Source of the DNA: Hypanus sabinus | Lineage: Eukaryota | Assembly: GCF_030144855.1 (NCBI RefSeq) | Contig: NC_082732.1 | Location: forward strand, 23,622,001 to 23,686,000 | DNA: 64,000 bases | Direction: 5' to 3' | In this document: piece after piece, positions 37,970-49,400 of the stretch | Position numbering within the stretch: the stretch's first letter is position 1 | Layout of the letters: every line of letters starts with the position of its first letter | Position numbers and translations under genes: made by a program | The notes under the pieces: generated by a model | Told to the model about the DNA's origin: nothing | Database searches by the model: none | Seen by the model: only the letters and a program-made list of their open reading frames with translations

Positions 37970-38570
37970 CTGCCAAATGGAAAAAAACCAGAAAAACAAA
38001 TTTATTAAGAGCAAGGCACAAACTGTAATCAATGGGTGGAAATGGAAATATTTTAAAAAGCACTTTGTTTTAAATGAATTAAAAACCTTCAACTAGCTTT
38101 GCAAGCAGCACTGACAAAGTTTCAAGGCTGCCACTAGCACTTTCATTAGTCCACAGAATTAAGCTGTCACCCTTTACCACTAGCTTTCAGGACAAATGTC
38201 CTTTTCTTTCAATGATAATGTTACTGTTGTTGTTATGGATTGGACAAATGAGTTTATGGATTGTGGATTCCGCCCCCCCACCAGACTTCAGGTTTTTATA
38301 TTCTTTGATTTTTGTCCATTTCTTTTCCTGTTGTTTGAGGGGAGGGAGGTTGGCAGTTGATGTTCTTCTTGTGATCTATTAGATTTTTTGTGTGGGGGAG
38401 GGGAATTTGGAGGTCAATGTTCTTGTTGCGTTTTGAGCGGGGGGGAGTGGGGTTTGGGGGTTGACGATTGAGATGCCGTTCTTTTTTGTGTAGGGAATGG
38501 GTTTGGTGTTTCTCTATACAACTTCTATGTTCTTTATTTTGTGGCTGTCTGGAGAAGACAAACCTTAGAG

Positions 38571-39152
38571 TGTTGTAGTTTGTTGTGCCCCACGCAGAAG
38601 ATTCTTCAAGAAGTGTTAAACTTTAATTTGCAAATCAAAGCTTAGAAAGTCAGTGAGCTAGTCACTGATTGCCCACCGGTCCTTGGACATAGCATTTTTT
38701 ATAGCAATCTCCTGGTTTAGTTGCATTAGCATATCCAATCCAATACAGTTGCGTATCACCAGTACATCAGCTCCTGACTTCCCACTATTGTTTCTACCCA
38801 TTAACTTAATCATGTTCTAATCTACTTTTTGGGCCACATGTTACTTCATCCCTGGCCACAGTTATCTCTTAGCTAGCCTCTCATTAACACACTATTATCT
38901 TCTTATATGGCTACATTCTTAAGTCACTGATGTGTTCAATAGTACAGAGACAATACAGAGATCTCAATAAGTTGGATACATAGTAAGTATAAGTTAGCTA
39001 CATTCTCAAGGCGTTGATGTGTTCAATAGTACAGAGACAAAACAGAGATTTCATTCTCCTACTAAATTGGATACATACACAGCAAATAGCAAATACAAAG
39101 CTGACTACATAGTTTTGGTACACAGCAAACAGTGCAACTTTATACTCCAATA
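38571..39152 (-). mobile_element. Solo LTR in PINK1 intron 1 (TA...CA ends)
   Basis: 4-bp TSD AGAG interrupting a LINE 3' tail; minus-strand TATAAAA and ATTAAA; internal ~40-bp direct repeat; similar to 40231-40865. Confidence 0.75.
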
Positions 39153-40230
39153 AGAGTTGCATATGGATAAATGACCCTTTGAAATGATCCAAGGTATACC
39201 TAGGCATCATCCTAAATAATCAAAACGGATGTATGACAGGGATCTTGCTAATTTCTTAGTGACATTTCTTCTAAATTTTTAATTTGTTCCACCACCCTTG
39301 AAAAGGTATAGAATCCCCCTTTTGAAATACTAGCCCACAGGCAGCAATTAATTCCACATTATATTGGTCAAATCTGATATTAAATAAAGGAGCATTCAAA
39401 ACAGTATCTAGAAATGATTGGATTCTACAAGTATTAGAAAAGTTTCAGTGATCACTTAACAGTTAATGGAACAGTAATTTCCAATGACTGCGAGTAGCAG
39501 AATGTACAGATGGGTGAATCTTGGATCAGAGAAGATTTAAGGAAGTCCTGATAGATGTGTTGACAACAATAAAACATCCAAGCAAAGCAAATACAAATAA
39601 ATTGTTCCCATTTAAGAGTACAGAACCAAAAGGGCACAGATTGAGGTAATCAGAAGAAAAACCAAAAGACACATGAAAGGGGTTAACACACACACACATA
39701 CACACATCCCTACTCATAATTAGCACTGCATGGACAAATCAATGAACCAAAATAAACTTCAAGAGAACCAGGGAATTAAATAAACAGGATTGCTATTACA
39801 AAAAGAAAAATTTAATCAGCTGAATGGGTTCTTTCACTGCTGTAATGATTCTACGAAATTAGAAACTAATGTCTTAAGTGGATTTTTCTTTCAGTAACTC
39901 AACAAGGTAATTGGCGCTGAGCTACATGAATTTGGAGCAGTAACATGAAAGAGATTTATTATACATGCAAGTAAATTTTAAAGCCGTAATAAATCTGTTA
40001 TTGTCAGCCAAGTTTTCTTGCACTGCAAATGTAGAATCTCAGATGTGAAAAAAAACAATGATCAACGCAAATTTACAATGTCAGCGTGTAACTCGCTTCA
40101 ATTTACAGCGAATAGAACCAGCGACTAGTCAAGAAATCAGACAGTGGTGGCATATAAAATTGCTATTCGCCGCAAAATTGATGTTGAGAAATATCATGGT
40201 TAATTAAATCCGTAGTTTCCATCAGACACG

Positions 40231-40865
40231 TGTCGTGGTTACTTGAAATGACCAGGAGACGCAGACAATTCTTCGAGAAGTTTAAACCTTTATTTGCAAA
40301 CAAAGGCTGAGGCAATCAATGAACCTGTCACCGAAAGCCCACCGAGCTCCGGTGTACAGCATTCTTTATAGTAATTTCTTATCTCAGTTACATTTCGGTT
40401 TCATCAGCATACCCAATCAAGTTTTAATTGCATATAATCTATCCATTAACTAATCAATCGCTCTTGCCCAGCTCTCGGTGCGCCACCATTATGTTTCACC
40501 CGTTCGCATTGGGGCCTTATTCCTGGCCAAGGTTATGTTTTCCAGACAACCTCCCTCACATTACATTCCTGCTCGTCCCATCCTGTCCGACACCGTTATC
40601 TCATACTAAACAAAGGTTGAGTGTAATACATGGGGTATATTTCCGCTAATAGTGCTGCTAAACAGGTGTTCTGTAAGTGCCATAATATGCAGCTAAGAGA
40701 GTGCAATGTATCTAGTTAAAACAACACATAGCAAAATGTGTCTAGTAAAATAATACATAGTAATATTCAGTACCTAGAAGTGATTACATAGTATAGTAAA
40801 TAGCTAATACATAGTGATTAAATTTCAGGTATATATAATGATTATGTCAGGTACATTTCTCAATA
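40231..40865 (-). mobile_element. Solo LTR in PINK1 intron 1, ~56 bp from the exon-1 donor (TA...CA ends)
   Basis: 4-bp TSD CACG; minus-strand TATAAAG (~40364-40370) and AATAAA (40289-40294). Confidence 0.75.
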
Positions 40866-40921
40866 CACGCGAAACTGGGTACCAAGACGACGTAAGGGAA
40901 TTTGGTCTGAGATTCCTTTAC

Positions 40922-41233
40922 CTGCAACTGGTCGCACACAGTAGTGTATGCCCTTATCTCCTCCGCCTGCTGTTCGACGAAACCCAGGCCCAGTCCGAAG
41001 GCCAGCAAGGTCCCGCGGCCCCGTCCAAACGCTTGGCGCTGCAGCTGGGCGGCCAGGCTGCCAACCGAGTGGCGGAAGAACCGGTAACGGGCTGGCAGCA
41101 CGCACTGAAGCGGCTGCCTGACCCGAGGCCGCAGAACCGGGGCGCTCGGCCCGACCCTGACCGCGGGGGTGACATGTGGCAAGGCCAACCGGCCTAGCTG
41201 CCAGCCGCGGGCCAGCAGCTTGCGCATCGACAT
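40922..41233 (-). CDS. PINK1: PINK1 exon 1, coding part (mitochondrial targeting sequence, OMS, TM segment)
   Basis: MSMRKLLARG..., RFFRHSVGSLAAQLQRQ and LLA|FGLGLG (PARL site equivalent); CAG|GTAAAG donor. The eight exons sum to 1866 nt = 621 aa + stop. Confidence 0.96.
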
Positions 41234-41560
41234 GCCGGAAGCTTAGAAGTGGACAAGGCGACACTTCATCCCCGGGGACCGGCCACGGTGTTGCTGCGTC
41301 AACCGCTCGGCTCTCGACTCAGGTGATGGCCGGCGAGAGCGCAATTGTGAGCGCCACCTGGCGCTGTCGCCGTGGCAACAGCCCAATAATAAACAGCTCC
41401 AGGCCTAGGGCCTACCAACAAACGTCGTAACTTCTCCTCCCGGGGCATACCGAAAACATCTCCGCCCTGCTTCAAGGTAATGTCCTGTGCCTGGCCTAGC
41501 AAATGCGGGGAAGAGGCCCCATCCAGCAGAAAAGCGCAAACCGTGATCACTCGAAATGAG
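41234..41560 (-). promoter_or_regulatory. PINK1 5' leader and CpG-island promoter with CTCF-like and RFX X-box motifs
   Basis: CpG-rich ~40950-41560; GCGCCAGGTGGCGC (minus, 41351-41364) fits the CTCF core; GTCGCCGTGGCAAC (41366-41379) fits X-box GTNRCCnnRGYAAC; CCGGAA ETS core next to the ATG. Confidence 0.65.
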
Positions 41561-41802
41561 CCAATTTAGAAAGTCGGCAAATTACAGCCAACTGCTTGAC
41601 ACATGTCACCTCAGGAACGTTTTCCTTTCGTTTCATAACAAGTAAAATAAGTAGCTGTGTCGAAATAGTAATATAATGGCAATCTAATTATTCATTTTTT
41701 GAAAAAAGTTGTTTTCTTCAGTAGGTTCCCACTTTTTTTGTGTCATCACGACTCAAATACAGATTTTTGATCTTCCATTTCCCCTTCACATTCCCGCATC
41801 TT

Positions 41803-41842
41803 GCAGTCCTGACGAAGGGTCTCGACCCGAAACGTTGACTGC
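41803..41842 (+). ncRNA. Putative minimal type-I hammerhead ribozyme motif (best-paired copy), in a Penelope-derived repeat
   Basis: GCAGTC-CTGACGA-A-GGGT(CTCG)ACCC-GAAA-CG-TT-GACTGC: 6-bp stem I, intact CUGANGA/GAAA core, 4-bp stem II, palindromic CG in place of stem III. Confidence 0.6.
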
Positions 41843-41849
41843 TTCTTTC

Positions 41850-44496
41850 TTTTTAAATCTTTTTATTAATTTTTAAGCAAACATAAATGAAACATGAATA
41901 CAAAGAGTTTGAGAGTACATAGTTAATAGTTTAAGCAGAGATTCAAATATATAATAATCAATATATATAACCTCCCAAACTCATAGTATTTATGAACAAA
42001 AGAAATAAAAAGAAAAAAAAAACAAAAAAAGAAGAAAAAAAACACTAACCAACATGGGCCATTGCATAATGTCAGATATATACAGTAGTGCCAATAACTC
42101 CGAACCTCTATCCAAATAATTACGGATAATAAAAGTGAGGTTTAGGAAAAGACAATTTAACTCATATGAAAATGTTGAATAAATGGTCTCCAAGTTTCTT
42201 CAAATTTAACTGAAGGATTTATGCTGATGACTTATTACTTTTTCTTTCAAATCTGTCTACATCCTTACCTCCAATGTTTTCACTTCTTGACAAGTTTAGC
42301 CAGCTCTCTGAATATAAACTTAATTTACATAAGAGCGAACTTTTCCCAATTAATAAAGAAGCACAAGAATTAACATTTCGTGATCTCCCTTTTAAAGTAA
42401 TAATCAATTTACTTACCTTGGGATTACAGTCACAAGGAAGTTTAAAGATCTCTTTCATGAAAATTTTGTCAATTTTTCATATACTATAAAACAGAGTCTG
42501 TTACAATGGTCACCTCTATCTATGTCTTTGGTAGGTCGTATTAATGTTGTTAAGATGTATGTTCTCCCTAAACTTTTATATTTACTTCAATCAATCCCAA
42601 TTTTTATTCCTAAATCTTTTTTTGATTCCTTAGACTATATTATTTTGTCATATCTGTGGAAGAATAAGCGCTCTAGAATTAATAATCTCCAAAAACCTAA
42701 AAAAGAGGGTGGCATGGCTTTACCTAACTTTCGTTTATATTATTGGGCAGCCAATATACGTTGTGCTACCTTTTGGTCATTTTTCCATAGCCAGCCCGAG
42801 TGCCCTAATTGGGTGGCAATGGAGTTGAGCTCCACTAAAGAATTATCTATCTCTGCACTTCTTGGCTCTGTACTCCCTTGTAGTTTGTCCAGATTAATAG
42901 TTAATCCTCTTGTTAGACACACTTTGCGTATATGGGCTCAGTTTAGGAAATTTTATGGTTTCCATGGTTTTTCCTTTTCTAGCCCTATCTTACATAGTCA
43001 CTTTTTTTTAACCTACTACGTATGACTCAGCATTCCATGATTGGTATAGAAAGGGCATTAGACATTTTGAAGATCTTTTTATTGATAATCGCTTCGCTTC
43101 TTTTCAACAGCTCTCTGCTAAGTTCAATATGCCCAATGCTCATTTTTTTAGATATCTCCAAATTAGACACTTTATTACTCCATTAATTCCTAATTTCCCT
43201 GAAATGCCTGAGAAAAATGTTATCGACTTATTTCTTTCTATTAATCCACTAGGTAAAGGTTTAATATCATTTATTCGTGATAAATTAGCAGTCTTACGAC
43301 GTGTCCCTGTGAATAAAATTAAAATGGCATGGGAGCAGGATTTAAATACCTCATCTGATGAGACTTGGGACTCGATTCTCAAATCAGTTAATTCAACCTC
43401 TCTTTGTGCTCGCCACTGCCTTTTACAGTTTAAGATTGTGCATAGAGCCCATATGTCTAAATCTAAATTATCTCGATTTTACCCTATCATTAGTCCGCTT
43501 TGTGATAAATGCAAAAGGGGCGAGGCCTCTCTCATTCATATGTACTGGTTTTGTCCTAGCTTGGAGAAGTTTTGGAAAGATGTCTTCATAATGTTATCGT
43601 ATATTCTGAATCACCACCTAGAACCACCTTTAATTGCTTTGTTCGGTTTCTGGGGTGAGACAGATTTACGTCTGAGTTCGACTAAGTGTCGAATATTATC
43701 TTTTGCCTCTCTCCTGGCTAGACGTTTAATCCTCCTTAGATGGAGAGATGTTGCCCCGCCCAAGCATGCTCAATGGCTTAACGATATTATGGCCTGCTTA
43801 GACCTTGAAAAAATTCATTATTCAGTTCTTAATTCGGATTTAAAGTTCCATAAGGTCTGGGGACTTTTTATTGAGTACTTTAATAACCTTTCTCTTAACT
43901 AAGGTTTTTTTGTCGGTCCCTTGCTTTCAGCTCTTTTTTTTTGGTAGTAGGCATTAATATCTTCTGTTGCTAAGTGTATTCACAGTTTTGGGGGTTTGAA
44001 TGTCCTGATTTATACTCTCTATATTGTGTTGTGGTTGGTCTGGAGTTTTTTTTTGTTGTGGGGCTTGGGGAGGATACTAATTTTACAAGTCTTCAATTTG
44101 GATGCATTTTCAATTACGTATCTTTCTTTGTATCATATTATTATTGTATGTTTATTTTTGCACTGTATCAATGTTCTTCATTTTGATCTGGGTTTTTTTA
44201 TCTGTAGCTATGTAGAAAATGTATAAAAAAACTAATTTAAAAAAATTAACTTAAGGATCAAAAACAACACTTCTAATTTTTTCTAAGTTCAAACAAGAGA
44301 TAGTTTGAGAAAACCACTGAAATACAGTTGGAGGATTAATTTCTTTCCAATTCAATAAAATAGATCTTCTAGCCATTAATATAACAAATGCAATCATTCG
44401 TCGAGATGAGGAGGATAAACGACTATTATCCACCATTGGTAAACCGAAAATTGCAGTAATAGGATGCGGTTGGAAATTGATATTCAGAACTATTGA
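41850..44496 (-). mobile_element. 5'-truncated L1/Tx1-like LINE (outer; split into ~41850-42218 and ~44242-44496)
   Basis: HPITAIFG...ARRSILLNWK...CLNLEKIR; T-rich tail on +; 13-bp TSD GACTGCTTCTTTC (41837-41849, 44497-44509). Confidence 0.8.
42219..44241 (+). mobile_element. 5'-truncated L1/Tx1-like LINE (inner), ORF2 from YADD to C-terminus, frameshifted
   Basis: Starts at YADDLL; SLVGRINVVKMYVLPKLLYL, GGMALPNFRLYYWAA, CDKC...HMYWFC zinc knuckle; A-rich tail; ~17-bp imperfect TSD AAA(T/A)TTAACT(G/T)AAGGAT. Confidence 0.9.
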
Positions 44497-44647
44497 GACT
44501 GCTTCTTTCAATGGATGCTGCCCAACCTGTTGAGTTCATCCAGCTTTTTTGTACGTCCCGCATCTTTAACTTTGATCATTGCTTCTGTGCATATTTTAAA
44601 TTACTGAATTCCTCCTAAAAGGTCATCAACCTAAAATGTTGGCGACG

Positions 44648-44882
44648 CACACAAAACGCTGGAGGAACTAGGCAGGCCAAGCAGCATCTGTGGAGAAGAG
44701 TAAAGTCAACGATTCGGGCCGAGACCCTTCAACAGGATTATTTTCCAGCCCTGATGAAGGGTCGAGGCCTGATATGTCGACTGTACAGTTTTCCACAGAT
44801 GCTGCCTGGCCGGCTGACTTCCTCCAGCATTCTGGGTCTGTTGCTTGGATTTCCAGCATCAGCAGAATTTCCCTTGTTTGTG
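44648..44882. repeat. Inverted pair of Penelope pseudo-LTR units (long imperfect palindrome)
   Basis: 44648-44738 is the reverse complement of ~44746-44840; each arm has a degenerate hammerhead motif. Confidence 0.8.
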
Positions 44883-46426
44883 ATTGAACCTAAAATGTTA
44901 ACACAGTTTCACTTCAACAATGCTGAATATTTAAGGTTTTTCTCCCTATTGTTATTCATAGCTTGTATTAGTTGGAAGATTAAAAGATAGCTACATTTTG
45001 AAAACATAACATATGTGTTTTATTCCTTTAAGACAGTGAGCGGCAAATTCATAACACACGGGAATGTTCTGAATTTTACTTTGCAAATGCGCATTGTAAT
45101 TATCATCAACCATTTCAGTAGTTAGTAAAATGTCTCTAAGTGTAAGCAAAGTGATTTTGATTTTTAATGTATCAACCTGATCATCTCATTGCAAAAAAAT
45201 TACCTCAGCAGTATGATTCAATCCTTACTTGTTCCATTCAACCTTTATCCCATCCATCTTCCAGCTGTTAGTTGAAACATTCCCAACAATGTAAGTTTAT
45301 AAGGGCGCTTATCCCCTTGCACATTTATCCAACCTGGTATTCAAGGTGCCATCCAACTCATTTAAAGTTGGTAACCATATTTCATTACCCTTTTATTTAG
45401 CAATACAGTGTGGAGTAGGCCCTTCTGACCCTTCGAGCCACACCGCACCCTGGCATCCCGTGACAAACCCTAAACTAATCACTGGACAATTTACAATGAC
45501 CCCTTGGACCGTGGCAGGAAGGTGGATCACACAGGGAAAACCCATGCATTCCGTGGGGAGGACATACAGACTCCCTACTGGTGCCGGAATTGAACTTTGA
45601 ACTCTGAAACGCCTCTAGCTGTAATAGCATCACACTAACTGCTACACTGCAGCTGCATCCTCTATTCTCCCTCAAAAGGTTCAAAGTTTCATTTTATTAT
45701 GGAAGTATGTACGCAGAATACAACTCTGAGATTCATCTTCTCCAGACAGCCATGAAATACAGAAAAACCATGGAGCTGTTGAAAGAAATAAAACATCAAC
45801 CCCACTCCCCACATGAAAAAGAAAAAGAAACAAAATTAGCAAACCTCAAACCCGCCAACCCCACCCTTGAACAAAAACTAACAGATTGCCCACTCAGACA
45901 CGAACAGCTAAATCATCAAACCCCTAACCCCCAAACCCTTCCCACAAAAAAACAGCGACAATAACATCAAACCCCCAACCCCCTCTCTCGGACATAAAAA
46001 ACTTACAGATTGCCCACATGGAAAAACACCGACAAGAATATCAGACCCAAAAACTCCAACCCCTCCCTTGCCCAAAAAGTAACATATTGCCCATCCGCCA
46101 ATCAGCAACAATTAAGACAACACAGAAAACTGACAGAGACCACATAGACTACAGTCCACACTACTAATCATGTGTCTTGGAATTTTCAAAACATCCTCCA
46201 TTGGCCTTGCCGACTCCATCTCACAGCCTCCTGACTTCCAGCCTGACACAGTCAATTATCTTCCCTAACGCTAGACATAAAAGGAGGGAATAGGTGATGT
46301 CTTGATCTCTCTCCATAGACTCTTCAAAAGCTTAGCTGAATTCCGTGATAGAGCATGGTGGGATTGGCTTTTTTTCTGGATCTTATAAGATGAGAGGATA
46401 TAGCCAACATAAAGAATGAGATATCT

Positions 46427-49400
46427 TGTTATGAATGTACCACAGCTCTGAGGGGCCGAAGGGTGCGGGGGAGCCCCCTCCTTTGTGAGAATCGCAAGAG
46501 CATTATTGGGTTGGGTCAGAGGACCCAGGAAATGAGAGAGAGAGACCTGGCCATTGTCTCCTGGAGACCAAGTTTGTGGATTGGGGACTATGCTACGTGC
46601 AAGCCCTCGGGCAAAGTGGGCTGGTTGAGAGAGAGATTGCATCACCCCAACCTGATTGACATCTACTACCCGGCGAGTTAAGATAAAAGGGGGGGGGGCT
46701 GTAGGGACAGCCCCTCAGATGCACCAGAAGAAACGCTAGCGATCCCATAATAGCGGGAAGCCACGTGCGTTCGGTTCCCTTGCCTGGGGGGCTGGTGGCT
46801 GGTACCACGGAAAACGACTTGGAACTAACAACGGGGAACCAACTCCCCCCGACTCAACAGATTGGCCTCATAAAGACCCGGGCAAGTTTCAAACCGTCTC
46901 TCTCTTAAACCCAAAGAGCTGCAGCTTGAAAGGACAGTGACTTTTATCTTTCCATCGGACAATACAATATCCCCTAGACAAACGATAGAGCTATTGCTTA
47001 ATTGATGATTATTATTGTACCTGCGTTTTTAGATTGAGTACTGATGACGTATTTTATCTGAATGTCTGTATTAATCTTATTTTTGTGCCCCTTTATAAAT
47101 AAAGACTTTTAAAAATAGTACCATCAGACTTCAACAGGCCTCTCTATCTTTGCTGGTAAGTGACCCAGTTATGGGGTTCGTAACAACAATTGGGGTTCTC
47201 GTCTCGAGATTTGAAACCAAATTGGGGAGCCAGTGAATCGGGCTTGTAAGTCCAAACTTGGATCTGGTACGCGAGTAGCCAGACGGGAAACCAGCAAAGA
47301 TTGACATGGATGAATTTATAGAAAACCCGACTCTGGAGGCGCTAGATGCGGCCACCAAATCAGACTTGGTAAATTTGGCAAAGGGGTTAAACCTCGCAGA
47401 GGTGAGTTCGTCCATGAAAAAGCGGGAGGTGCGAAGGGCAATAACTCAGTATTATATCAGGAAGAATGTGTTTGCAGCTGAGGTATTGGAAAATATCCCT
47501 GAAAGGGTACCAGCTAGTGGGACGGCTCAGTTAGAGTTGGAGAAATTAAAGCTGGAACATGAAATCAAGTTAAAGCAGCTGGAAGCAGCCGAGAAAGAGA
47601 GAGAGAAAGAGCCGAGAAAGAGAGAGAGAGAGAAAGGGCCGACAAACAAAGGGAGCATGCGCGCCAGCTAAAGGAGTTAGAGGTTAAACAGGATCAGGAG
47701 CTCCAGCTAAGGGTGTTAGAGGTGAAAAGGGAGTAGGAAAGAGCTGAGAAGCAAAGAGAGCATGAACTTCAGTTAAAAAAGCTGGAAGCAGCTGAGAAGG
47801 AGAAGGAGAGGGCTGAGAAGGAGAGGGAGGCAGAGAGACAGAGGAAACATGACTTGGAGATGGAGAAGTTAAAGCAAGAGCAACGCGGTCAGGGGTCAGA
47901 CCGAGAGGAGCAGTTTGATGTTAGTTGGGCGTTGAGGTTAGTACCCCCGATGGAGGAGACGGATGTTGATAGTTATTTCTTGCTTTTTGAAAAGGTGGCA
48001 GTGAATCAGGAGTGGCCCAGAGCACAGTGGGTGGCGTTGTTACAAAGTGTGTTAAAAGGGAAGGCACAGCAGGCATATACGGCGTTGTCCATGGAGGAGG
48101 AGAGTTATGACAAAGTAAAGGTGCCCACTCTCCGGGGTTACGAGCTAGTACCTGAAGCCTATAGACAAAAGTTCAGAAATTTACGGAAAGGATGGAATCA
48201 GACGTATACTGAGTTTGCCCATGAGAAGGGTGTGCTCTTGGACCGTTGGTGCACCACAGAAATAGTGGGCAAGGATTATGGGCGTCTCAGGGAGTTAATT
48301 CTGATTGAGGAATTTAAAGGTTGTGTTCCGGAGGAGATCCGGATGTATTTGAATGAGAAGCCGAGTAAGTCCATCTCAGAATTTGCTAGGTTCGCAGATG
48401 AATATGCCCTAACCCACAAGACAAAGTTTTCCTCGAATAAAAGTTCCCCGAGAGACCGTGGGAACGATCGAGAAAGTCCGCCGGCTGAAGCAGAGGTCCC
48501 ACTGGGAGCTAGTGGTAAGGTTGAGGGGGAAAGGCCAGACGGCCAGCGATTTCAGGGCTTGACCTGTTTTAATTGTGGGAAGAGCAGGCATGTTGCGTCT
48601 CGTGCTTTGCTCCGAGGAGGGAGACGGGAAAAGGGAAAGCAGCAGTCCCTTTCGGATGTGCTGTGGTAATCAGTAAATCGACAAGAGAGCCCCGGGTAGA
48701 CAGAGTACGACACGGGTCTGAGACTTGTCTGTCACACGGAGCTGTGTCTTTGAGGAAGGGGGACACACCAATTCCCGTACGAATCTGGAGAGACATGGGG
48801 GCTGAGCTGTCGTTGATCAGCCGTAAGGTACTAGAATTTGGTCAGAAGACGAGAATGGTATCTGTAAAGGGAATAAGTAAAAGGATAGAAATGGTGGCCT
48901 TACATGAGGTCATTAAGGATTGTGAGCTGGTGTCTGGACCCGTTGAAATAGGGGTGCCATCAGAATTCCCGAGAACTGACGCGGACGTCCTTCTCGGTAA
49001 TCATTTAGCATGTGGTAAGGTTTGGGCAGCCATGACGAGGACCGGCCAGCCGGTGAGTGTTGAGGCTTCGCCCCTAGAGTCCCTGACCTATCCTGCATGC
49101 GCGATCACTCGCAGAATGTTGAGACAGGCAGCTGAGAACGAGAGCAGTTTAAATCTGGCCAGTTTTGATTTGGTCGAGACTTTTCTACCGACCCTGTACC
49201 ACGAGGGTTTAGAGGGTGGTAAAACGAAGAGTAGTAAAGTGAAAGAGGGTAAGGGAGCGGAGGTAGATCTGCCCTTAGCGAGGAGAAAGGTCCTAGAGGC
49301 AGAAAATAAAGATGAGGAACCGATAGAGCAGTTAAGAGGTCCAGAGTTGGACAGGGATGATCTGTCTGGTTTGGCAGAACTGTTTGAGGAAGTTGAAACT

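Noticed and set aside
40814-41430. + strand ORFs antisense to PINK1 exon 1 as a PINK1-AS or bidirectional coding gene
   Set aside because: Expected from high GC content; no motif or splice support.
48590-48610. Programmed gag-pro frameshift
   Set aside because: The shift falls inside the CCHC knuckle with no slippery heptamer; simpler as an inactivating indel.
47854-48669. SCAN-like domain as a domesticated host gene
   Set aside because: Sits between near-identical LTRs with frameshifts and a stop; it is retrotransposon gag.
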